Source: Carcharhinus longimanus
Taxonomy: Eukaryota
Reading direction: 5' to 3'
DNA length: 64,000 bases
NCBI GenBank assembly: GCA_030264375.1
Contig: JASCQW010000156.1
Location: 30,029,138-30,093,137, forward strand
Below the pieces are notes generated by a model, which was given only the letters and a program-made list of their open reading frames with translations, was not told where the DNA came from and did not search any database. The position numbers were made by a program, and so were the translations under genes. Positions 39,186 through 53,400 of this stretch are shown one piece after another. Within the stretch, counting starts at the first letter, position 1, and each line of letters starts with the position of its first letter.

Positions 39186-39625
39186 ACCAACTAAACAATT
39201 GTTCAGCAACAGTTGGAATAGAAGTGGTTACTTTGGATGGTCTAATTTATTATACTGCTTTGTTATGTCATGCTTTGCATGATGTTATGTCATTCATTTG
39301 AAATGAAAATCATTGTGGTAAATCAATATATTGGAAAGTAGTGTTAGTCATATTAATATATGAATACGTAGCACATTCATGTGACATACTTTTGTTCAGA
39401 AGTATAAGGCAGGCATGAATGCTTTAATTTAACATTTTTTCTGATTAAAAGTGTTTAAAAAATGTTGTTTCATTAATAAACTTTAGATTTGTTAGTAGTA
39501 CCATGGTAATAATTGCTTCATTTATACTTGCATTGCCTCCGGTATAGTTACGTGACCTTGTGCAATGAACAGTTCCAAAAAATGTCACAAAGAAGCAATT
39601 GAATGTACTTTTGATTTATGTTCAG

Positions 39626-39768
39626 GCCTGGGGAGCTGCCAGAAGAGTTTCTAAAGATGACTGGATGGAATGGCTGAGACGATTAAGTGTAGAATTGCTT
39701 AAAGAATCTCCCTCACCTGCACTCCGCTCATGCTGGTCCTTGGCTCAGGCTTATAACCCTTTAGCAAG
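39626..39768 (+). CDS. MTOR: MTOR coding exon (exon 26 equivalent), 143 nt
   Basis: gttcAG|GCC...GCA AG|GTaaaa; [47 protein letters not shown](R). Confidence 0.97.
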
Positions 39769-41025
39769 GTAAAATTCCAATCTTAGTAATTAACTGCTAA
39801 TTTATAGATAACTTACAGATCATATTTTCTAATGAGCAAATATTTGAGTGATCACAATGAATGTCTCTGCTAATATAACACATGAACCATATTGGCAGAG
39901 TTCAGGAAAGCACACTCCACTATATTTCAACACCCACATTCCTTGGCAGGATAAAGTACATTTGAACACTTGTTAGAGCAAAAGGTGAGTCCTGGAAGTT
40001 GAGGTTATACAAGGGATTTTGAAAAAGTAATTTCAGGAGTGCTCTTGCTTTAAATGTTTTAATTTTTTCCTTTGCCTTCAGTGGTCTTCGTGTGAGACAC
40101 CACCACCAGCCGTGAAGGTGGGTAGGCTAATTGGTCCCAGACCTCTGCCACTGTCAATATATATCCAGCCCTTGGTGTTGGCAGCCAGGATGAAAGTTGG
40201 AAAGATTTGTCATTGAAATATCCCAGTGCTGAATTAGCCACAGCTGAAAGGAGAGCACTGGTTGAAATAAGAATGAGTAGAAAAATGTTTTTTTTACTGC
40301 GAGCACTGTCGATACAAAGGGAAAAATGTTTTGTTGGATTGCTGCTATGTAATGTCAATTTGCATCTTGCTCGAGAAAGGTGTTGTTTGTTTCACAATTG
40401 AATGAATGAAACACCAAAACATGTTAGCATACATAACAACAGTCCCCAAACTCCAAATTTTAATTAAGTATTGTTGAGCACTCTTTAATAGATTTATTGG
40501 TATAGGTTATATATTATTATTTGTTACAATTCCAAGTTGGAGACCTCGGGTAAATTAAACTAGTGTTCACCCTGACAAGGAATTCTGATTTGTGGACATT
40601 CTATGTGATGAGTTAATTTGCCTAAATACAACTCCAATGATATTCAATTTTTCTTCAAGGTTTCGAGATTTTCATTGCTACCCTGGGATCACTGCTAGTG
40701 GGTTCAGATCAAATGAAGATCAGATCAAACCTCGCTGTGAAGCCCCCATTCATAGTTGAATAAATTGCTAGCATTTGTTTAGATTTATACTTCCCTTAAA
40801 AGGCTGTTTCTCAAATATCAAAGGGTACACAGCACTGACAGAAATAAGGTGACCATAAATAAATCTGCTTGAATGAAGCCAGCAGTTACCATTTCTGATG
40901 ATTTTTCACTTGTTCTCTCTTTGCATGAATAAACATTATGCATCTAAAGCCTGTTTCATGTCTAACCAGGCAGGTTTTTTTTTATCCATCTATTTTCTAA
41001 AACATTTGACTTTTTTTTAATGCAG

Positions 41026-41188
41026 AGACCTGTTTAATGCAGCTTTCCTATCCTGTTGGTCAGAGCTGCATGAAGCACAACAAGATGAGCTGATCAGAAG
41101 TATTGAACAGGCTCTAACTTCCCAAGACATTGCCGAGGTCACACAGACACTGTTGAACCTGGCAGAATTTATGGAGCACAGTGACAAG
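41026..41188 (+). CDS. MTOR: MTOR coding exon (exon 27 equivalent), 163 nt
   Basis: aatgcAG|A GAC...AAG|GTaaaa; [54 protein letters not shown]. Confidence 0.97.
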
Positions 41189-41319
41189 GTAAAAAAGGCA
41201 AAATTTGATACTGTCAAATTATGAAAATGTTGACCTTTTACCAAAATAGTTTGACATGTTTCACATGAAATGCCTCCCAACTGCTAGACATTTATACAAA
41301 ACCTAATTAATATAACTAC

Positions 41320-42210
41320 AGGTTCCCCACATATACACTGACAACACCAAACTCTCTATCACCAGAACCTCTCTCAACTCTTTAATGTCTCTAAATTGTC
41401 AGACTGCTTATCTGATCAATATCCAATATTGGATGAGCAGAAATTCCTTCCAACTAAATACTGGGAAGACAGAAGCCATTGCCTTTTGTCTCTGCCACAA
41501 ATCCCAATCCCTAACAACTGACTTCATCCTGCTCCCTGGAAACCACCCGAGATTGAACCAAATTCTTTGCAACCTTGACATTGTGTTTGATTCAGAGATA
41601 ATCTTCTGACCATGTATCTGCAACATCAGTAAAACCACTTATTTCCACCATGATAAGATGGCTTGACTCCATCCATGCCTCAGCTCATCTGCAGCTGGCC
41701 CTTTCACTAAGCCTTTGTTATTCCTGCAGCCTCATAAACCTGTTTCCTCTTAGCCGAGCAGAACCCGAAAGTTCTTGCACTGGGTGCGCACACATTTCCT
41801 CCGTGAAGTTACCATGCATAATTGATCTAGCAAACAAATTTCAAGTGATTGAGCATTTAAATGTACTACCAAAAAAAGGGTACATTGCCATCATGTGGAA
41901 TATCTGGGTTCCTCCATTTCTGACCACTTCTGCATTGCCAATTTTAATTGCTCTTGTCACAGACGGTTGTGGCCACTGTTGTCAACATCCTAAGCCTTGG
42001 AAATTCATACCTAAATCTCTTTGCTTCTCTCTTACTCTCTCCTCCTTCAGACACTCCTCAAAATCGATCTCTTCAACTAAACTTTTGTTTATCCACTGTA
42101 TATCCCTTTTCTTGACTCTATCACATTTGTTTATTAACACTTCTGTCAAGCTCCTTAGGAAATTTCGATACAGTAAAGATGTTATATAATTGCAAATTGT
42201 TGTTGTTGCT
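41320..42210 (+). mobile_element. L2-clade LINE 3' fragment
   Basis: H.Y.D.T.L followed by LSDCLSD.IQYWMSRNSFQLNTGKTEAI; tail (TTG)n at 42196-42208. Confidence 0.75.
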
Positions 42211-43159
42211 TTAAGTTTCCTTGTTTCCTCCCTTAACCTATTTTGCACACCATTTTCTGATTGCTATCACATTTTTATTGGAAATTTATTGGTATTTTCA
42301 ATAACAAATTAATGATGCAAATAGAAGTGGCACTGTCACTGCACTGAACGCCGCAACAGGTGTTGTTGAGCAGCACCTCTTGTCAGTCATGCTACTTCAG
42401 CCTTCAGTATTAACAGCAAATGGAGGGCTGACTGAAATGACGAAAACCATGATTATTGTTATGGGATTTGGTGGAATCAAGTTGCTGAAATTATGTCATG
42501 TGTGTACTCATAAACTGGCTTCATTATTTTATCTTTTACCAAACTGCAGCTATTACTAAAGTATGCGAGATAAGGCAAATAATTACAAGTCTGAAGCTTA
42601 AACTTCAGNNNNNNNNNNCAGAAGCAATCTTCCCTTTTGCTATTTTTAATGTTTCCTGTGAACATCAGTAGATCTGGTCTATCTGTTATTTTGATCTGCG
42701 CTTTTATATACAGTGAATTTTAAGAACCAGCCTTTCCACTATAGAGCATTTCCATTCCATACAAAAAGATTTAAGAGAATTAAAAATTAGAGATGGATTA
42801 TTGAACTTGGAACACTGTCCTTTTATCTGTGGGGCCTGACTTCCATCCATCCCTGACACAGTTTGTAAAAAAAAATTCTGATTTTGAAAGGTGTTAAATC
42901 AATTGAATTTGAGTAATTTCAAGTTGACTCCTAGTGGATTACATCTCTGTGGTGTAAAGCTAGCCAATATTTGACATTGAATCTTCGACTATAAGGTGCA
43001 AGAAATTAGGATATCAGACTGATACAATAGAATCCTACTTTGCTGGTGCATTGGACACACCGAATTTTTCTAGAACAAAATAACATTTTATAGTTTTTAA
43101 ACTGAATACATACTTATCACTCATCAGCATCAGCATAGACAGTAAAGTAATAGGGTTCA

Positions 43160-44430
43160 GATGACGTACGGGTTAATAAAAGAAAACCAAAATGGATTTG
43201 TTAAGGGGAAGTCATATTTAACTAACTTGCTGAAGAATTTTGAAGAGATAACAGGGAAGGTTGATGAGGACAGTGTTGCTGATCTGGCATACTTGGACTT
43301 CTTAAAGGTATTTGATTTAGTGCCGTGCAGCAGATTTGTGAGTAAAGTTATAGCGCATGGGATAAACAGGGCAATACTAAGACAAATACAAAATCGGCTG
43401 AGTGACAGAAAACAGAAAGTAGTGGTTAATTGTTGTTTTTCAGGCTGGAAGAAAATTTATAGTGGAGTTCCCTAAGGTTAGTATTAGTACTCTTGATTTT
43501 CCAGGTATATAGTCATCTCTTAGACTTTTATGTATAGGGTACAAATTCAAAACTTGGAAACTTTGTGAGCTGCGAGGAGGATAGTGTAGAACTTCAAAAG
43601 GGCACTGGCAAGTCGCCGGAATGGGCGGACAGGTGAAAGATGAAGTTCAATGTGGAGTAATATGAAGTGATTCATTTTGGTAGGAAGAACGTGGAGAGAC
43701 AATATTAAACAATGGATACAACTCTAAAGGGGGATCAGGATTTCAGGGGTGAGAAACTTCAGTTGTGATGATACGTGCATAAATCATTAAAAGTGGCAGG
43801 ACAGGTTCAGAGAAGGATTAATAAAGCATACAGTATCCTAAGATTTATTAGTATGGGCTTAGAGTACAAGGGCAAGGAGGTTATGTTGAATTTGTGCAAG
43901 GCAGTAGTTCAATTTCAGCTGGAGTGCTGCTTCCAGTTCTTGATGCCGCACTTCAGTAAGGACCTGAAGAAGGCATTGGTGAGTTTGCGGATAAGGTTCA
44001 TGGGAATAGTTCCAGGGGTGAGAAATATCAGTTATGATAGATTGGAAAAGTTAGGATTGTTTTCCTTGGAGAAGAGAAGGCTGAGAGGAGATTTGATAGT
44101 ATACAAAATCATGAGGGCTGTTGATAGAACAGATAGATAGAAACTATTTCCACTTGTGAAAGGATCAAGAATGAAAGTAGTTAGCAAAAGAAACAGAAGA
44201 CTTCACACACAGCAAATATTTAAAGTCTGGAATTCACTGCCTGAGAATATATTGCAGGCAGGTTCAATCAAAGCATTCAAAAGAAAATTAGACTTCTCTG
44301 AAAAGGAAGAATGTACAGAGTTACAGGACAAAGTTGAGAGAATGACACTAAGTGAATTACTCATTCAGAGCACTGTTGCAGACATTGGGCTGAGTGTCTG
44401 CCTCCTGCACTGTAACAATTCTGTGATTGA
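43160..44430 (+). mobile_element. 5'-truncated decayed CR1 LINE
   Basis: ORFs with GLIKENQNGFVKGKSYLTNL, YLDFLKVFDLVP, LEKLGLFSLEKRRLRGDLI; tail ATTCTGTGA. Confidence 0.9.
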
Positions 44431-44982
44431 ATTTTGTATATGCTGAGAACAACGTTTAAACTACAAAGGGCCATGTTTTAAAAATAAGAGTTGTTTTGAA
44501 ACACGTAGTTTTGTGTTGCTTATTTACCTCCATCACTATCCTGCTTGTTCATTGTTTTAGGACTCAAGATTCTGATATTTTTACTGCATTTCAACAATGC
44601 AAAATTGTATTTTAAACTTGCAAGAACAAAGTTTACTATAGACCCAAGTATGCTAATAAAGTAATCTTAATCTGCACATAACTCGAGTTTGGGTTATGAT
44701 TTCATCCAGTCTAGTGACACTATAAGCAATTACAAATCCTTCTCATGGAGATTTTTAGTGAAATTGTAAATATTTATTAATAATATTGCTATACCTATGC
44801 ACTTCAAGAAATATCTTCATTGGGTGCTTGATGCAGATACAGATTGCAAAATATGGAAAATTGTATTTGTCGTCATTGCAGTCTAATCTGTCAGTTTGCT
44901 GCCTTCAAATGATTTGCCAAAGCAGTTGAATAAATTTTTGTTTGAAGAGAAAACCAATGCCTAACTCCTTAATTTCCATCAG

Positions 44983-45128
44983 GGGCCTCTACCACTAAGA
45001 GATGACAATGGCATTGTCCTTCTGGGAGAGAGAGCAGCCAAATGTCGAGCATATGCCAAAGCCTTACATTATAAGGAGCTGGAGTTCCAGAAAGGTCCCT
45101 GCCCAGCAATTCTAGAATCTTTAATCAG
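44983..45128 (+). CDS. MTOR: MTOR coding exon (exon 28 equivalent), 146 nt; last MTOR exon in window
   Basis: ccatcAG|GGG...ATC AG|GTaagt; [48 protein letters not shown](S). Confidence 0.97.
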
Positions 45129-46449
45129 GTAAGTTGAATCACTTTGTTTAAAAATGTGCGGCAAATTATTGCACTCCAGTTTGGATTGCAGTGACCAGTC
45201 TAACAAATTAACAGAGAGAGCCTGTACAAACAAAAATAAATATTAGCAAAATGTATTCACTGCTGTCGCAGGTATAGATGGACTCTGAGCCGAATGACCT
45301 CCTTTTGTGCATAATGTCTCTTTGTTGAACAAAGGAGCCTGTGTGTGTAAGACATTGATAGAAAACTACATATTGCTTTTAAATTACATTTATATTAGCC
45401 AGATTCCTAACATATCTTGCTCTCTTGAGGATTGCATGCTTGTATTTGGAAAAATCCCAATCCCTTAATATGCTTTCAAAATCTAGCTGTTCTGTTGCTT
45501 GAAATGTGTTTCATACTTTAGTATGGGCTTGGACTTTTGAGAATTTTCTCAAATTTAGGGATCAGATTAAATTTCAGAATGTCCAAGATATAAAAATTGT
45601 TGTTTCTGTTTAACCTGAAGTTTTGCTTCAGTTTTTATTTGCTCGACCTGAAAATCTATTGGTGCAATTAGTCATTATGGATGAGGCTAAGAAACCTTAT
45701 CCTAGCGAAGCTTATTTCTGATTTTTTCCGAGATGGGATAGCTCCGGGGTGATCGAACTATTTGCAGCTACTTTCAAAATAAAAGTCAAATCTACATTCT
45801 GAAGTTTCATAAAATTAATTTCATAAATGTTTTATTGATTGAAGGAAATGTTTCATGCAATTTGCTCCATTCCCATGTTAGATGCATTTAATGATTTTGC
45901 AATCTTTGCACAGTCATATTTGTTGAAGATGAAACGCAGACTCATAATAATCAAGATGTCCATTTATATTAGATATTCACCATTCTGTTGCCTCCAATTT
46001 TTCCATTTTCTATTCCATTCTCAGCTGTTTGTGCAACTGTTTAAATTGCTTATTATGAATTTAAATTAAAGGAAAATAAGAAAAGCTAGTCGATGTTCCC
46101 ATTAATTACTGTTCAAGGATGTCACCTGGAAAATTCATTTGCAAGGGATCAAAATTTTGCCATATTATGATATCTTTTGCGGTTGTATGTCTTTGTTGAA
46201 ACTTTCGGACCAGTTTCACATGTGAAGAGTGACCACATTGTATTGGAGAGCTGCTCAAGCTTTGGGAGCAACAACTCAGTGTGAATCTGCATCTGAAGAA
46301 GACATGGGTGGGAAATTTGGTTAGTGAGGGCTGGGATAAATTTATAAAGCTGCATGCATCAAAGAGAAGATTTTAAAAAATTTGGAAATTCTGTATGTAA
46401 ACATGCTGCTAATCAGTCTGCAGAATTTCAGAAGGATAAACTGAGTCTA

Positions 46450-46743
46450 AAGTTTATTTATTAGTGTCACAAGTAGGCTTACGTTTATGTTGCAATGAAG
46501 TTACTGTGAAAATCCCCTAGTCACCACACTCTGGCACCTGTTCGGGTGCACTAAGGGACAATTTAGCATGGACACTACACCTAACTAGCATGACTTTCAG
46601 ACTGTGGGTGGAAACAGGAGCACCTGGAGGAAACGCACACAGGCACGGGGTGAAGGTGCAAACTTCATACACACAGTGACCCAGGCTGGGAATTGAACCC
46701 GGGTTTCTGACGCTGTGAGGCAGCAGTGCTTGCCACTGTGCCA
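46450..46743 (-). mobile_element. HE1-type SINE, alternative tail
   Basis: full head-body-tail similarity to 16690-16970. Confidence 0.85.
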
Positions 46744-48858
46744 ATTTATCACTGATAAGTGTCCTTTACAAAAGTTCCATCAAATTCTTGTTTCCTCTTT
46801 ATTTGTTCTGATTTGTGTACACAGCATTTACCTACCTATTCTCATAAACCAAAACACTTTGTCCTGATGACACTTCTTGTGTTTGCTCTGAGACTATGCT
46901 GAACAACATTGTTGGGATTTGCTCCTGTTTAGAACAAAGTGTGTGGAGAGAACAATCTATTTAAATTCTGCTGATGACAGTCCAGACTGGGCTGCATTAT
47001 TGAAAGTGTGTTTGAATCCTGGCAAAGGCATAACAAGTTGCCGTCAAATTTTGCACCGGATGATAATTGAGCTTTGATTTATACTATCATGTGAAAGTAT
47101 ACTGGAAATTAATGTTTAAATGAGAATAAAACATTCAAAACTTACTATGAATCAAACTTGCGATTTGAAGCTTTGGAACACTGGTGGCATCTGCTGCACT
47201 CCTAAATTAATAAAGTGGAAATGTGGTTTCAATAAGACACCTGGTTCACCTCTTGAGCAGTCAATGTAACTTTCTACAGATTTTCATTTGGGCATCCTGT
47301 TTGATTTCATGGAAGTAATTTTAGTCCATAAATAAGTTAACTTTGTGTCATGCTGTCCATTTTTTATAAGAGCTGTTAGCAGTCCAGGTCTAAAGAGTTC
47401 AGCTGTACAAACTGGTTGCCTGTCATTTGAAGTTTTGATCATATACTTCATGGAAAATTGGTAGTTCAGGATAAGAAAAATGCTTGTCTAGCCTCATTTG
47501 GAACTCCATGTAATAATCTGGTAGCAACATACAGCAATATTTAACAAGAATGATCAAATGGGTAGTTGTTGTTAAAAGGATCAGTGTAACCTTAAAGTTC
47601 TATTTGGCTGAATCTTGCCTTAATTGGCTGGATTTTGACAGCTAGAAGTAACATACTAATATCATTCATGTTAGAGCAGGTTCTGACACATACGGCAAGT
47701 ACTGTCAAAAATATCAGTTCCAATAAGTTAATTAGATGTTAACAGCTACTTTGCAGCTGAATGCTATTTTCTTTAATTTGTTTGAAACCTGGACTATCTC
47801 ATTTTAAATGAGGGGAAATACATCCATTAATTAAATAAGATATTATAGAATGGCCTAATACTAAACCATTTTTGTTGGTAGCTTCAAGGATAGAGACAGC
47901 CATTTTTCTTGGCAGCTGATGGATGAGTATCTCAGACCTGTGAGCTTTTCATGCAGCAGCTTGTGTACATCTTCACCAGTCATTTGGGAAGATGCAACAA
48001 TCAGAAAGCAACATTGTGAATTGTGACTTGAAAGACAATAGTTTATGTGAATTATTTTCTGTTTACTGCAGTACTGTGGAACATTATACACCGGGGTAAC
48101 CTTGGACCCCAAGCGATAAACACAAGTTCGGGGTGGTAGTGGTAATTTTAACATAGCTTGATGGACAGGAAGCCTGCATGATTGGCTGGAAGAATAGTTT
48201 GCACCCTACCAAATATTACTGTTGACTGACTTGGGTTTGACAGTTTCCTTACAGGTTGATTAGAGTAAAATTTCCCTCAGAATTCAACATTATAAATACA
48301 CTAACATTATGCACAAATAATTCCTTGTATTTTCATTCCGGCTACTTGACGAGAAACATTTTTGGTTTCTTGCTCATTATTTACTAAATGGAGATTGTGT
48401 GTAAACTATAGTGTTGAACAACTTTTGTTTCCTCTGTTTATAGGTAAATGCTAATGTTTCTTAAGAAAGCTATAAAAGAAAAATACAAAAAAGACTTTTT
48501 CTAGTCGCAGTTCATATCCAAAGCTACAAAGTATGGTGCCAAGAGACTTGCATTAAATGTGCATGATTTTCTAAATTTGTAAGAACAATTGAAGCCGAAG
48601 GTAAAAATTGCAATTGCTGACAATGTATAGCAGATTTGTCAACACTAGTAAAAAGACAGGTTAATATTTTAGATGGAAACAATTTTTGTCAGAATTGGAT
48701 GGCACAAGATAAGTGAATCTCTTTGTAAGAATAATGCAGAGTTATAACCTAATAGTTCTGATATAATTGCGAAGATGGAATGAACTATGAAAAAAATCTT
48801 CTATTGTACTTAACATCAAGATAACAAAGTTTGTGATTAGTTTCACTTTGAAGTTTTA

Positions 48859-49085
48859 AAGTTTATTTATTAGTGTCACAAGTAGGTTTACACTAACACT
48901 GTGAAAATCCTCTAGTCGCCCCACTACCAGTGCCTGTTTGGGTACACTGAGGGAGAATTTAGCATGGCCATGCACCTAACCAGCACGTCTTCAGACCTGG
49001 AGAGGATGCACAGACTCCGCACCCAAGCCCAGAATTAAATCTGGGTCCATGGCACTCAGAAGCACCAGTGCTAACCACTGTTCCC
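48859..49085 (-). mobile_element. internally deleted HE1-type SINE, alternative tail
   Basis: same tail and head as 46450-46743. Confidence 0.8.
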
Positions 49086-49091
49086 TGATGC

Positions 49092-49092
<1 letters not shown>

Positions 49093-49125
<33 letters not shown>

Positions 49126-49127
49126 AA
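49093..49127. repeat. (TA)n microsatellite
   Basis: TATATATATATATATATATATTTATATATATA seen directly. Confidence 0.9.
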
Positions 49128-50460
49128 TATAGTGAAGTCTTGGCCCCTTGACATCTGCTAAATTGCCTTATTTTCCTCTAGGACTTGTGCTGAATTTTTT
49201 TGAGTGAATTTAAGTTTTTTGTATGTTTTGGTATTCAGTGTAAAGAAGATAAGCATTGCATTCAGCATGATTTATTGCAGCACAGTTATATTACAGCATT
49301 TCAAATTGCTGTAGGAGCACATCATTATATCATTTTATCATTTTATTTAAAATATTACTTGATTAATTTAAGTTTGAAATTCAGCCTATTTAGTTGTGTT
49401 AATGCAAAACAAAGGAAGTGGGCTGAAATGCTATTGCAATAAAGAGGCTTCGAAAAGACATTCCTATCCAAAAACTGGCAACTGTCAATACTTTAGCAAT
49501 GAATTGGAACAATGTGGAAATGGTAATAAATGGTGAACAGACCCTTTGTGGACAACGGGATTAAATCCCTGTTTAATTAATAATTTAGTGGATATTCAAA
49601 GGGGGAGAGGGATTTAGCTGGTTAAGGCCTGTTTTACTTGAAGTAGAAACTTTTCTGAAGTAAAATGCTTGTAATTTGAGATCGCATACCAGACAGTAGC
49701 CTCTGGGGTGATTATACTTCAATGGTGTAAGTAGCATAACAGTCACTTAAAATACTTGTTTTTCCTTCCAGACTGAATCGAATAGTTGAAGACTTGGCTT
49801 TTGTGACTTACGTAAATGTGCCAAAAACCATTTCAGATTCAATCAGATTTTTAGTTGACTCAATCTTTTCAGAGCTTCACTATGAGAGGTTTTTACCATT
49901 ATAATCCATATCTTTTCTACTAACTGGATGTCATTTTTTTTCCCTATGACTCAGAGTTGTGTGAATTGACAGTATCACACTATTATGATACTGGGGCAGA
50001 ATCTGGTTGCAATTTTGAGGACAGTGATGAAGTGAAGCACTTGCTGCTGATCTTAAAACTGCTCACAAAGATCAAGTTCTGGGGTCAAGTAGATAGGATT
50101 TCTAGCATCTAGCAACAGTGATGCCAGTAAGCAGGCTGAATAACCATTAACACTGAATAATTCTCAGAAAAAAACAGACGAGAAGGAATGAGCAGGTTTT
50201 ACTCGTCACGTTTTATAATTTTATGGATTAAAGACAAAAATGGAATACTGAACATTTTTTTTAAATGAACTCATTTTAAAAGTTTATGGAGATTTTAGCA
50301 TAGTGTGAAGAAATTTGTAATTCCGTAAATATCCATTCAATTTTCATGACAGAGAAGTTATTTTGCAGTAATTGTGGTATAGAATGTCATTAAATGTCAT
50401 TCAATGTGGCGTAATTTATTCAAAGGTTTTTATGGCAAGAATAATTAAATAAAATGTGGA

Positions 50461-53400
50461 GGTTCATATCAAAGCAGTAATTTCTAATTGAAATCCATCT
50501 GAGGGCTTCAACCATGCACTGAGTGAAGGAGCAGGAAAATACATTATAGCAGCTTTTAGCTTTGTGCAGACACCAGAGAATGCTGTCAATATTATAGAGT
50601 AATGCTGTCAGTTTCAGAAGTATTAAAACTACAAAATTTGAACCATTTTATTAGGAAAACAATCTACATATCAAACTTTTATTCATAAAGCATTTTATTG
50701 AGTATGCCAGTAACTTCATTTACAATTGAATTGCTTTGACGAATACCTGTTACATATACAAATGTGGTAGCCAATTGTAAAAGCTGGTTCCTGTGAAAAG
50801 TCAAACCCTGAATATGGAACTATCTCTCTTGCCCTAATTCAACCATAAATGGCTCTGTTTGCACAGCAACTGTTTGTTTCCTTTCCCCTTCCAGAAGACT
50901 GTTGTAATTCTCATTTTTTAAAAAAACTCCAACTTCTAAGGGTGGCACAGTGGTTAGCACTGCTAACTCACAGCACCAGGGACCTGGGTTCAATTCCAGC
51001 CTCAGGTGACTGTCTGTGTGGAGTTATCACGTTCTCCCCATGTCTACGTGGGTTTCCACCTGATGCTCCAATTCCCTCCCACACAACAAAGATGTGCAGG
51101 TTAGGTGGATTGGCCATGCTAAATTGCCCCTTAGTGTCAGGGGGACTAGCAGGGTAAATATGTGGCGTATGGGGATAGAGCCTGGGTGGGATTGTTGTTT
51201 GTGTAGGCTCGATTGTCCGAATGGCCCTCCTCTGCACTGTAGATTCTTTGATTGCCAGGTATCATTCTGTTTCTAACTTCCTTCTCTTCACCATTCACCC
51301 TCTCCTCAAATTGTCATGTTCTGTTCTCCCAGAAGCATTTTTTAAATCCCTTCGATTTTGTCTCCACCCACCTACTGCACAGGGACCCTCATCGACAGCC
51401 AATCTCCTTTGTCACCAACCTGGGTGTATTATTTCTTCTTATCTTTCTCAACTCCTCCTTGGTGTTTAACATAATTAATCAGTCCGGCCTTCTTCACTGT
51501 TTCCTCTGTGGTTCTCTTCTGCTGGCTGCACTCCAATTTGATCCAACCGAACTAGCATGTCTTCAGTTACAATTTGAACTCCTAACACACACTCGGCTGT
51601 CACCCTCAGAGTACAAGAGGTTTTCCTCATTGACCTCCTTCTCTTCCTCATTTAAACTCTGCTGATTGGGTAACACTCAGGGCAAAAGATCACCTTCCCA
51701 CCATCAAACTTCATTTGATGGGGATTCACAAGTGAAGGATATTATATTTGGCTTGTAGTCAGAACAATTTAACATCAATCCTATCATATTATGAAAATAT
51801 CTCCCTCTGCTCTTCATACATTTCTCAGTATCATAAGTTTGTGCAGAGTCCTACACTGGATCAGAGCACAAATTCTAATCATTTGATCTAAATTGATCAC
51901 CTTTGCCATGATGCTAAGCAATATGAAAGTTAAACATAACATTCAGCTGCAGTGAGAGATGCTTTTCTCAGATGGCACCATGTTTGGGATGACTTAGTGA
52001 TTATGATTTTGTTTTTGGCCTGACCTGAGTAACTTAAAATCAACAATGTAAAAAAAAGGAAAAGAAGAACCGGTAAATAAACTGTAGAAGTGAATCCTAC
52101 ACCAGACTTGTTCATTGTACTTGCGGAGAAGTATGGATTTTGAATTATATGAAGTAATTGGCAACATCATCTTCATTTGAGAATTTCTTTGAAGATTAAG
52201 GTAACATTAATATCATTTAATGTTGTAATGGGATTGAGGGTGATAGGCCTGGTAGGTAGAGATATGATCGGCGCAACTTGTGGGCTGAAGGGCCTGTTTG
52301 TGCTGTAGTGTTCTATGTTAATATCATTTGCTAGAATGTCAGGATGACAATGTGGTAATTTCTACTCCCAGTGAAATGTCACAATTCTGCTAAGTTCAGT
52401 TTGGTCTTTCTGGGGAAAAAAATGAGATCTGGAAAGGAGAATATATGCAAGCATGAAATTGATTCTTGCTTGTCTGGATGCAATTGCATGTTCAGGTTCA
52501 GTCTAATTTTAGAGACAATTTTTGTAACTTTGTAAGACCATTGCTTCATTGAAATTTCAAACCGGAAAGAAACTGTTTAGTCCAAAATGCCTGTCACTCA
52601 GTGTTGGTCATCATATGAGCTTTAGCCATGTGGAAATTGCCTTTGGTACTATGCTCCTAATTTTGCAACAGATCTTTTGTCATGGTGATGCTTTCAGAAT
52701 AAAGTTGCTCATGTTCTCCACAATATAATATCTCCTTGGGTTTCAGAATTTTTCATCTAAAAACTTGGGTGCAATCCTACAACCTCATACTGCCTGTTGT
52801 TTAGTGAGGCGAGGTGGTAAAGTCAGGTGAGAGGCGAAAAATCAGGTTCACGTCTGATTTCTCACCTCCCCTGATAAGTCCTGGATGCTATCGCCCAGGC
52901 TCACTTGCATTAACCCCCTTGCCAGAGAATCACAGTTGGTCTCCATCAGCAGAGACTGGATGTGATGGACTTGCCAGGGGGATCAGAGGTTATTGAAACT
53001 GCGGATGAGGGGTAATCGGCAGAGGTGGCAGACCAGCACAGGCAGCAATCTGCAGTGGTGGGGGCAGGAGATCTCGCATCCTTGCTCTTTTGTACTGAGT
53101 GCCACAAGATTGCGACTCGCAGCTTGCTGAAAAACCCGGTGTGATTCTGTCCCATTTTCTTGCTTGTTTGACACTGGAATTTTTTTTGCAACGCCGTTGC
53201 ACTGATTCTTTTTGTGATATTGTTCTGGACGGAGATTAGCAACGCCTAAGAACTAGATCTGACTTACTGACTTCCATGGCTTGCATTAGTAGAGTGAATG
53301 CCAACTAGTTGATATTTTACCAGTGGTCATGTTCTTCGTGATAGTGTAGTGAATTTATATTGGTTATGTGTTGAAAGCATCAATTTTAAATGGGGTAGGT

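Noticed and set aside
50939-51010. tRNA gene
   Set aside because: A/B boxes belong to the tRNA-derived head of a multi-copy SINE and continue directly into the SINE body
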